IMG/VR virus record: IMGVR_UViG_3300030339_000017 | Reading direction: 5' to 3' (one strand) | From: an uncultured virus (IMG/VR IMGVR_UViG_3300030339_000017) | Taxonomy: Duplodnaviria > Heunggongvirae > Uroviricota > Caudoviricetes | DNA length: 64,000 bases | Shown here: one piece after another, positions 38,748 through 47,289 of the stretch | Position numbering within the stretch: the first letter of the stretch is position 1 | Layout of the letters: each line of letters opens with the position of its first letter | Notes under the pieces: generated by a model | What the model saw: the letters and a program-made list of their open reading frames with translations, nothing else | The model's database searches: none | What the model was told of the DNA's origin: nothing | Program-made: the position numbers and the translations under genes

Positions 38748-40622
38748 ATGATAACATTACCGATTATTAAAAGCTCGCCAAAAGCTTCTAATCCTCGATT
38801 CTTAGTTTATTTCGGTAAACCTAAATCTGGAAAGACAACTCTAGCATCTACTTTAGAAAATAATTTAATTATTGATTTAGAAGATGGTACTGATTTCTTA
38901 TCAGCATTAGTATTAAAAGCAACAAATATAACAGAATTATCTGAAATAGCAGCAGCTATAAAACAAGCAAATACACAGGCAGGAAAATTCGTTTATAACT
39001 ATATAACTATAGATAATGGAACGAAATTAGAAGAAATGTCTATGTCTCTAGCATTAAAATTATACAGAGAAACTCCACAGGGGAAGAACTATACTGAAGA
39101 TGTTAGAAAATTGCCAAACGGTAAAGACCAGCGCCGTTGTAAAACCAACCTAATTGCGGGAATACTCAATGTTTATATGTACTACTAATTAATAGTGATA
39201 TATAATTAGGACCTATTGTAATGGATAGGGTATAGTAAAAACTATATAAATAAGAGGGAATCCGCAGCGAAGTCACTTACGTAAATATATTACAACAAGA
39301 CAAACAAAATCTTGATAGATACGTTTACATAAGTGATATGCTCATCGACTATCGAAACCACGCAGTAGCGGAAGGGAGTAGAGTAGAGTGTATCTAGTAA
39401 ATACATTCGAAACGGTTGGATTATGAAATTTGAAAAAAGTAAAGAAATAGAAGAAATATCATGTGTATATGGAATCTATAATATAAAAACAAAAAAATGG
39501 TATATTGGATCTACCATAAATCTAAAGAATAGAATAAACAGACATTTATTTGAATTAAAAAAAGAAAAACACCACTCAAATAAATTACAAAGATCATTTA
39601 TTCTCTATGGTCCTAAGAATTTTGAATTATTTATATTGAAAAATATAGAAAAAGATAAAGTCAAGGACTTAAGCAAAGAAGAAGATTTATATATAAAGAA
39701 ATTAGATTCAGTAGAAAATGGATATAACATATCACTAAATACCAACAACCCACATATTGTGAAATTATCAAAAATACAAATTGATAAAGCCGCAAATTCA
39801 CATAAAATATCAATTATAGCATTAGATTTTAATGGCAATTTTATAAAAAGATATTCAAGTATAACAGAGGCGTCAAAAGAATTAAATACTAGTTCTTCTA
39901 ACATAAGTCAATGTTGCAAAAATAATGGGAATATAACATGTAAAGGGTTTTTATTTTTATATGAAAAAGATTACAATGTAAATAAAAAATACAAAAGGGA
40001 ACGTTATGAAATGAATAAATCTCATAAAAATAAAATAATTTATAAAGCACAAACTCAAAAAAAAGCAAGAAAAATAAATTGTATAGATAATGACTTAAAT
40101 TTCTTATCAATATCAGAATTTGAAAATTATTTTAAAATGAGAAAAGACTCATTAAGAGAAAAAATTAAAATAACGAAAAATGAAATGTATTTTACATGGA
40201 ATTCTATGAATTTTATATTATCAAAAAGTAATAGTAAGATATAGTCAGTTCAGGCTGGATGGCTTTTCGTAAGAGAAGCTTTCTTTAAGATTATAGATAT
40301 ATTTAAAACACTATCACCAACATTGATATTAATATGTCACGTCAAAGACGCTATGATTAATAAAGATGGAAAAGAGTTAAGCGAAATGTCTATAGATTTG
40401 TCAGGTAAGACTGCAAGATTAGTTGCTGCAGATGCAGATGCAATTGGTTTTGTATATAGAAAAAAGAATCAAACGATTATGAATTTTAACGGTGGAGGAG
40501 ACTTTATCGTAGAAGCAAGGCAAGAACATTTAAGAGGAAAAGAGATAGTTGTTGCAGAATCTAATGAAGATAATGTGATTACTACTTATTGGGAAAGAAT
40601 TTTCATACCAAGTAATGAATAA
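38748..40622 (+). CDS. Sak4-like AAA ATPase, spliced (38748-39122 + 40254-40622, 247 aa)
   Basis: FGKPKSGKTT, IDLEDG, ITID; splicing gives LPNG-AGWLFVRE...ILICH...DLSGK...DAIG. Confidence 0.85.
39302..39327 (+). promoter_or_regulatory. Intron-internal ECF-type promoter
   Basis: AAACaaaatcttgatagataCGTTTA, about 100 nt upstream of endonuclease ATG. Confidence 0.6.
39423..40244 (+). CDS. GIY-YIG homing endonuclease with NUMOD1-like region
   Basis: CVYGIYN...WYIGST.NL..R...H; GYN; YSSITEASKEL..SSSNISQCC. Confidence 0.92.
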   Translation: MKFEKSKEIEEISCVYGIYNIKTKKWYIGSTINLKNRINRHLFELKKEKHHSNKLQRSFILYGPKNFELFILKNIEKDKVKDLSKEEDLYIKKLDSVENGYNISLNTNNPHIVKLSKIQIDKAANSHKISIIALDFNGNFIKRYSSITEASKELNTSSSNISQCCKNNGNITCKGFLFLYEKDYNVNKKYKRERYEMNKSHKNKIIYKAQTQKKARKINCIDNDLNFLSISEFENYFKMRKDSLREKIKITKNEMYFTWNSMNFILSKSNSKI

Positions 40623-40634
40623 AAAATAAAGAAT

Positions 40635-41273
40635 ATGATATTTAGCACGCAAAACGCATTCGGCGTTGAAAAAAAAGATGTAGCTTATTTAGATGGTGGG
40701 ATTCATGAAGATGCCCTATTTGTAGGTGTTAGAAAAGAAAAATCTACCAATGGAAATCTATTTATTGAATTCGAATTCAGTAAAGATGGAAGTAAATTAA
40801 CCCATACTGAATGGGAGCCAAATAAAAATGAAGGACAATCTGATGAAGATTTTAATTCAAAAGCAAACAACCAAGTTGCAAGAATATTGCAAATAATGGG
40901 TGTATTTTATTCAAAAGAAGAATTACAGAATTTTACTTTCGAAGCGTTTGATACATTATATTCATGGGTTAAATCTCTAATGGATGTAGTAGATAAAACA
41001 AAGAAATTAAGAATTAAAGCGGTATACGGACAATCTGGTTTTACTAGTTTGCCTAAATACGCAAAATATACTTTTATTGAAAGCATGGATATCCCTAAAG
41101 ATAAGAGTAAGATAAAGGAATTAGTAATAGATACATTTAAACGACCACGATTAGGTGATACGGAAGTAAATTCATTGTCATCATCAACAGTATTTGGCGC
41201 CTCAAATGTAGAAGCAGCTACTGAAATAAATATAATGAACAAGACGGCCGATATTGTAACTTCGCCTTTTTAA
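40635..41273 (+). CDS. Putative single-stranded DNA-binding protein
   Basis: Between Sak4-like ATPase and primase; C-terminal PF. Confidence 0.55.
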   Translation: MIFSTQNAFGVEKKDVAYLDGGIHEDALFVGVRKEKSTNGNLFIEFEFSKDGSKLTHTEWEPNKNEGQSDEDFNSKANNQVARILQIMGVFYSKEELQNFTFEAFDTLYSWVKSLMDVVDKTKKLRIKAVYGQSGFTSLPKYAKYTFIESMDIPKDKSKIKELVIDTFKRPRLGDTEVNSLSSSTVFGASNVEAATEINIMNKTADIVTSPF

Positions 41274-41291
41274 TAAATAATAATTATTAGT

Positions 41292-42269
41292 ATGTTTAGT
41301 ACTGATACGATATTACAAACACAAAAATCTAATCCAAAATTAACACAAAAAGACATATTAGAAAAAATATCAGAATATAATATATTTACTAAGTATTTAG
41401 GTGAATTTAAAATTGGGTATATATATAATAGTCCTCTTAGAGATGATGCAAATCCATCTTTTGGAATATTCACTAGTAAAAAGACTGGGAGCCTATTATA
41501 TAAAGATTTATCAAGTGATGATTGTGGAAATGTATTTAAGTTCGTAAAGAAATTAAAGAATTTAGGTACGTATGCTGAAGTCTATGAAGAAATATTAAGT
41601 AATTTTAATACGACTTTAGATAATGGACTAAAGAATACACATAACCCAACAAAAGCGAAAGAGAAGAATATCACTGTGACTAGAAAGAGATTCAATTTAT
41701 TTGATATTAATTTCTGGAATAGCTTTGGAATAACAGTAGAAACATTAAAGAAGTACAATGTATCAGCAATCGCAAAATATTATGTAAATAATGAAGAGCG
41801 AGATACATATAGATTAGAAAATCCTATCTATTGCTATAAAGTATTTGATAAATTTAAAATATACAAACCATTTGGAACTAAACTATTCAAATGGAGAAGT
41901 ACGCTTGGAGAGTTAGACATACAAGGGTTCGAGCAATTACCAATGAATGGAGATTTGCTTGTAATAACAAAAAGTCTTAAGGATGTCATGGTCTTACATG
42001 AAATGGGATATAATGCAATTGCTCCTCCGAGTGAAAGTGTTACAATTCCAGAACAAGTTATATCGAATATAAGAAATAGATTCAAAAAAATAGTATTATT
42101 TTACGATAGAGATAAGGCAGGTGTAATGTATTCTAGAAAGATATCTAGATTATATAATTTACCAGCAATTTTTATTAATAAAAAATACAAAACAAAAGAC
42201 ATTAGCGATTTGGTAAAAAACATAGGGATGCAAGAAGCAAAAAATGTATTTAATCAAATGATTAATTAA
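41292..42269 (+). CDS. DNA primase (TOPRIM)
   Basis: SPLRDDANPSF, ITKSLKDVM, FYDRDKAG, KDISD. Confidence 0.88.
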   Translation: MFSTDTILQTQKSNPKLTQKDILEKISEYNIFTKYLGEFKIGYIYNSPLRDDANPSFGIFTSKKTGSLLYKDLSSDDCGNVFKFVKKLKNLGTYAEVYEEILSNFNTTLDNGLKNTHNPTKAKEKNITVTRKRFNLFDINFWNSFGITVETLKKYNVSAIAKYYVNNEERDTYRLENPIYCYKVFDKFKIYKPFGTKLFKWRSTLGELDIQGFEQLPMNGDLLVITKSLKDVMVLHEMGYNAIAPPSESVTIPEQVISNIRNRFKKIVLFYDRDKAGVMYSRKISRLYNLPAIFINKKYKTKDISDLVKNIGMQEAKNVFNQMIN

Positions 42270-42399
42270 TAATGGAAGGGCATTAGCTTGGAAGTTAAAT
42301 ACTAGAAATAGTATAATAGGAGCGATACCTATATGCCCGACGGATGAGGGGCAATGATTTAAGTAATATATTAAACAAAAATTTAACAATTATATCAAA

Positions 42400-43623
42400 A
42401 TGATCATAAAATCAAATAATAATAATACTTGGTTATTGCAACCAGAAGATATTAAAGAGTTTCTAGGAATGGAAACAGAAAAATACGTAGTAATTAACAA
42501 AGAAACAAATGAATATTCTATCGAGAATCTTAACGAATTTGTCGTTACAGAGGCTTGGGTAGATGAAGTAATTGATGGTCGAAAACTACGAAAAATTAAA
42601 AAAGACATTCTAAAAGAATTCGGCAACGAACTTCTTAAAGAATATTCAACAACAGATAAAATCTATAAATCGTTATGCGAAAGCGGGTTTATCAATATGG
42701 CTGGACCGTCAGAAGTAATTAAAAATGCTCTGGCAAATAATATGAATTTGATTTTATATGGTCCTGGTGGTTTTGGTAAATCAGAAGTATGTGATGCCTT
42801 ATTTGGTGGAACGCTACTAAAAGATCGCGTATTTGTACAATCATTGTCTGAGGCTACTACAGAGGAAGATTTATTCGGTGGAATCAAAATGAAGAAATTC
42901 TTAGATTCTGGCGAAAAAGAATACTTAGTAGAAAACTCATTTGCAAATAAAGAAATCGTCATTTTTGAAGAAATCTTTGACGCTCCAGCTCGAGTTTTGG
43001 CTGCATTGAAAGATACATTAACTTCCAAAGAGGTTCGTAATGGAAATCAACGATTCCCAATTAAGACAAAGATCATTATTGGTCTTACTAATAAAACTTT
43101 CGATGAAATTATTGAAGACGACTCTACTGAGGCTTTGACTCAGCGTTTTCCAATTTCATATAAATTTCAGTATGCTATCAATCGATTAAATACTGCAAGT
43201 TTAATTTTGAATCGTCATTCAGATTTCGATAAACTAAAATTAGCCGCAATCGTAGAGACTATTCAGAATATGAAAGATTTATCTCCACGTAAAATTCTTG
43301 AAATGGCTAAATATGTCAAAAATCTTGATGTTAAAAATAATCGTAATTATTCAGAAAAGATTACGAATAATCTAATGACACCAGTTATTGATTATATCAA
43401 AATGAAAAAAACTGTTGACATGGATAAAATTCTATTCAATGAAGTAGTTGCTTTGAAGAAAGATATCAAAGACGAAAATATTCGTGATTACGACTCATTT
43501 GTTGACGCTTACAATAATTTAGGTGTCTTACTAGCAAACTGCGCTGGAGAAGCCCCTATGACATTGCAATTGCAATCTGAAATCAATATATTGCTTGAAC
43601 TTTTAGAAAACAAACTAAAATGA
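42400..43623 (+). CDS. MoxR/RavA-like AAA+ ATPase
   Basis: LYGPGGFGKS, EEDLFG, IFEEIFDA, ALTQRF. Confidence 0.85.
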   Translation: MIIKSNNNNTWLLQPEDIKEFLGMETEKYVVINKETNEYSIENLNEFVVTEAWVDEVIDGRKLRKIKKDILKEFGNELLKEYSTTDKIYKSLCESGFINMAGPSEVIKNALANNMNLILYGPGGFGKSEVCDALFGGTLLKDRVFVQSLSEATTEEDLFGGIKMKKFLDSGEKEYLVENSFANKEIVIFEEIFDAPARVLAALKDTLTSKEVRNGNQRFPIKTKIIIGLTNKTFDEIIEDDSTEALTQRFPISYKFQYAINRLNTASLILNRHSDFDKLKLAAIVETIQNMKDLSPRKILEMAKYVKNLDVKNNRNYSEKITNNLMTPVIDYIKMKKTVDMDKILFNEVVALKKDIKDENIRDYDSFVDAYNNLGVLLANCAGEAPMTLQLQSEINILLELLENKLK

Positions 43624-44888
43624 TATCAGGTCACAATTCAGATAAATGCTTTTTAGATATGAAATACAATCTGGAGGAAGAAGATGTCAAAAAGATTGTG
43701 TTAGCTAAAAAGGGAATGAAATCTCATGCTGATTATTTGGAGAAAAAGAATACGGTTTCCTTTTATAATCTTATGAATGGAATTACAGTTACACCAAATA
43801 AGGAGGAACTTAAAGAAGCTAAGAATTTAAGATATATGCATGACCACTTTGAAGATATAATAATTCCAAGTATATATAACAATGTATCTGGATATGAATC
43901 TCAGAGTTCTTTCTATAAGGATTCAAAAGATCCTTTAACGAAAGATATTGCATATAAAACAGAGACCTTATCTGCTTCTGCAAAATACGAAGAAGGAAGT
44001 TTTTTGAAAAAATCAATTAGTTCTTTATATAAGGAATTCTACGAACAATATTCCGTAGAAGAAGAGGAACAAAATCAACAGAATGGACAAGGAAAATCCG
44101 AAAAAGGAGAACCTTCAAAAGAAGAAATTGAGTCCGAAGCAGAAAAAATTTCAAAAATGACAGTATGTGAAGAAAGTCCAGAAGATGATACAGAGGCGGA
44201 TTTACCAGAAACAAAAGGATTAGAAAGATTAAAAGGATATAATCAATTTGAAGCCTGGTTAAAAAGTCTAAAGGGTGTAGATACATCAAAGAAAATGTTA
44301 AAACAAATAACAAAGACTTCTGATTTACAAAAAGTATCTGCTAGTCAATTAGCAATGCCAAGAGGTTTACTGATGAAAAAGATTTCTAACAAGGAATTGT
44401 ACTGTAAACAAAAAGTAGATTCAAAGAGATTTATGCATATTATGACTGATCGATCCGGTAGTATGGGAGATTATCATGAATGGAGAAATCAATTTATTAT
44501 AAAAGCTTTTGAAGATTGTATAAAAATTGGTATAGATATTGAAACTGAGTTTTGGAACACAAAACTTCATTTAGAAGGAACATTTAGCCCTCAAAAGATA
44601 AAAACAGCAAAAGATTTAGCAGAAAAAACATTGTCAATACGTCCTGATGGAGGTGATGATATGGGTAGATGTATTCTACAGAAACTAAAACTGTTGAAGA
44701 AACAAAAAAGCACACAGTATATTTTATGTATTTCAGATGGAACTGGTTCGATAAGTTCGTACGAGCAGAAAGATGAGATATATGAAATTGCTGCATCAAA
44801 AAATATTGAATTTAAATTCGTTTTATTTTCAAAAAATAACGACATGCATGGGACAAAACAAGAAGACATGTTCTATGTGTATGAATAA
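43620..44888 (+). CDS. VWA (MIDAS) domain protein
   Basis: DRSGSM, DGGDD, CISDG; overlaps the AAA gene. Confidence 0.8.
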   Translation: MISGHNSDKCFLDMKYNLEEEDVKKIVLAKKGMKSHADYLEKKNTVSFYNLMNGITVTPNKEELKEAKNLRYMHDHFEDIIIPSIYNNVSGYESQSSFYKDSKDPLTKDIAYKTETLSASAKYEEGSFLKKSISSLYKEFYEQYSVEEEEQNQQNGQGKSEKGEPSKEEIESEAEKISKMTVCEESPEDDTEADLPETKGLERLKGYNQFEAWLKSLKGVDTSKKMLKQITKTSDLQKVSASQLAMPRGLLMKKISNKELYCKQKVDSKRFMHIMTDRSGSMGDYHEWRNQFIIKAFEDCIKIGIDIETEFWNTKLHLEGTFSPQKIKTAKDLAEKTLSIRPDGGDDMGRCILQKLKLLKKQKSTQYILCISDGTGSISSYEQKDEIYEIAASKNIEFKFVLFSKNNDMHGTKQEDMFYVYE

Positions 44889-45206
44889 TATCATGCATAT
44901 GAACGCAGACAAAGATATAGATGATTACCTTTAATGGTATTCATAAAAGAATATAATTAGATTAATTAGTATATTTATTAGAATAACATAGACAATTCAT
45001 GTTTATAAACTAATTTCGACGAGGATGGTTATAATAGACAGCAAGATATATAATATTATCATAATCGATTTTATTATAAGATCCGCTGGTGATATGCAGA
45101 ACTGATAACAGCAAATTAAATATAAGCAAACATGGTGTAAGTCCATGATAAATAGAAACATAATATAAACATATTAAACGAGAGTGAAAATTAAAGGGTT
45201 TACTCA

Positions 45207-45245
45207 AATGGTCAATAGTCTTTTAATAGGGACTATTGACCATTA
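45207..45245. terminator. Strong hairpin, possible terminator
   Basis: aatggtcaatagtc...gactattgaccatt. Confidence 0.55.
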
Positions 45246-45272
45246 TTATTTATTACATTAAATAGAAAACAA

Positions 45273-45668
45273 ATGAAAAAACTATTATATAATTTCCTAA
45301 TCAATTTTTTGTCAAAGAAAACTTTACTAGAAATAGAGAAAAGAAAATTTATTCTAGAAAAAGAGCTGGCTATACTTGAGTCTGACTACTATATTAAAAG
45401 GCTACGAAGTGGTTACTATACGCAACAAGATTTAACTGCTGTAGAAAAGGATTTATTCTATAAAAAAGCTGAAGTCAAAAGCCTTAATGATTCTGTCAAA
45501 GTTAAACAATTAGAACTTTCAATTCAATCAGAAAAAGATGCTATTGTTATAGCTGAACAACAAAAAAGAATTAATAATCTAGGTATTGAAAAAGATAGTT
45601 TATTAAGGATCATAGACAATCTTGTTAGACAAATCGCTCCTCAAAAAGTTGAAATAATAAAAGCATAA
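45273..45668 (+). CDS. Coiled-coil hypothetical protein
   Basis: 131 aa ORF. Confidence 0.65.
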   Translation: MKKLLYNFLINFLSKKTLLEIEKRKFILEKELAILESDYYIKRLRSGYYTQQDLTAVEKDLFYKKAEVKSLNDSVKVKQLELSIQSEKDAIVIAEQQKRINNLGIEKDSLLRIIDNLVRQIAPQKVEIIKA

Positions 45669-45672
45669 TATC

Positions 45673-46671
45673 ATGAAAGTTGAAATACCTTATTATGAAG
45701 ACACGAGTCGTATCTCGAGATCAAGTTTAAATTGGTTTAAAGTATCTCCTAGGTATTTTAAAGACAAATTAGATGGATTGATTCCAAATGAGACTTCATC
45801 TGCAATGGAAAATGGCACAATGAAACATGCCTATTTATTGCAACAGGATGAATTCAAAAAGATGTATAGGATATTAGATTTCGGCGTACCAACATCTGCT
45901 CAACAAAAACAATTCTGCTTAGACTATATTGCAAGTAAAGCTACTACAGTCAATTTAAAGGCTTTAGAGGCGTTTAAAAGCAATTATAGTATAAGTGGTA
46001 AGACAGATGAAGAACTAGCCTTAAAAGGGCTAGAAATGGCCTTAAAACTAAAGTCATACATAAAATGGCTTAGAGGAAATGAGACTGGTCAGAAAACAAT
46101 GACATGGGCTCAATTAAACTCATTAAAGAAGACAAAAGAAAACGTTATTCTTCACAAGAAGGCTAACGAATTATTATTTAAAAATGGAGATTCATCAGAC
46201 TATTTTTCTCAAAATGAATTCCATATAAATTGGGAGATACCAATAATAGGAGGAGGAGTATTACAATGTAAATCTTTATTAGATAGAATTGTAATTGACT
46301 ATGAAAATAAGATAGTAAAACTAATAGATATCAAAACGACAATCAGTAATGCTGATTTTACTACATCATTCAAGAAATATGGATATGGCATGCAAATGGC
46401 ATTTTATTGGATGGCTATAGTTTGGTATTTTAAGAATGAACTAAATATTGACATAGAAGAATTTAAAAATGAAACATATATTATTGCCATAGAAAATGGC
46501 AGTAATGAAGTCAGGGTTTTTGATGTTCCAGAAAATACTATTATATACGAAATAGCAAACATAACACAAACATTATCACAAATAGATTGGCATATGCGAA
46601 ACAATTTGTGGAATTATTCAAGAGAATATTATGATGGTGACGGCACAGAATCGTTACTATATGATATTTAA
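45673..46671 (+). CDS. PD-(D/E)XK exonuclease (DUF3799/RecE-like)
   Basis: ISRSSL, GTMKH, KSLLDR...IDIKTT, Y..QMAFY. Confidence 0.85.
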   Translation: MKVEIPYYEDTSRISRSSLNWFKVSPRYFKDKLDGLIPNETSSAMENGTMKHAYLLQQDEFKKMYRILDFGVPTSAQQKQFCLDYIASKATTVNLKALEAFKSNYSISGKTDEELALKGLEMALKLKSYIKWLRGNETGQKTMTWAQLNSLKKTKENVILHKKANELLFKNGDSSDYFSQNEFHINWEIPIIGGGVLQCKSLLDRIVIDYENKIVKLIDIKTTISNADFTTSFKKYGYGMQMAFYWMAIVWYFKNELNIDIEEFKNETYIIAIENGSNEVRVFDVPENTIIYEIANITQTLSQIDWHMRNNLWNYSREYYDGDGTESLLYDI

Positions 46672-47203
46672 AGAGACAATAAATACATCGTTGCTATTTT
46701 TATTACCATTAGTAGCACGAGAGAATGAAAATTATTTGGATTATACGCAAGCATCAAATCTATTTAGTAAAAGGGATGATAGTTTTATAAACGGATATAA
46801 TAAAGATATAAATAAACCCTGGTTAGACAGGCATGTATTTTTATTATTTAATGCGGCAATAGATCCAATGTTAAGCCAGTATTGGCTAAAAAGCAATGAA
46901 AATTATACTTCTAATTACGCAATAAGAAAAGACGGAATATTCTATCAGATATATTCATATAGAATACCTGATAAATATGAAGACGATTATAAAAAAATAA
47001 TAGAAGGTCAATATAAAGACATATCAGATGAAACTAAAGCAGTGATAATTAATTTTTGGGAAACAAATACGAATTCCCTCCTATTTAATTCAATGTATGG
47101 AAAATCATCGGTACTAGGGAAAATAGAATCAGAGGACATTGAAGAGGTAGATTTTATCAAATCAAAGGAAGAGATTCTAGAAAAAATAATGGAAGATATG
47201 TAA
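46631..47203 (+). CDS. Hypothetical protein
   Basis: Last plus-strand gene; likely start MIFKE. Confidence 0.7.
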   Translation: MMVTAQNRYYMIFKETINTSLLFLLPLVARENENYLDYTQASNLFSKRDDSFINGYNKDINKPWLDRHVFLLFNAAIDPMLSQYWLKSNENYTSNYAIRKDGIFYQIYSYRIPDKYEDDYKKIIEGQYKDISDETKAVIINFWETNTNSLLFNSMYGKSSVLGKIESEDIEEVDFIKSKEEILEKIMEDM

Positions 47204-47207
47204 ATAG

Positions 47208-47247
47208 AAAAGCCATAGAAGGGGATTAGTCTTTCTATGGCTTTTTT
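47208..47247. terminator. Bidirectional intrinsic terminator
   Basis: aaaagccatagaag...tttctatggctttttt between convergent genes. Confidence 0.85.
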
Positions 47248-47289
47248 GTATGTACTGGCTACTAGATTTGTAGCAATCGCAACAATTTT

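Larger units (their letters stand above)
39123..40253 (+). mobile_element. Group I intron carrying a homing endonuclease
   Basis: P1 aacggt/gccgtt with U:G, P10 ccagc/gctgg, core aattgcgggaa, aatccgcagc, catcgacta, aagatatagtc, terminal G. Confidence 0.9.
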
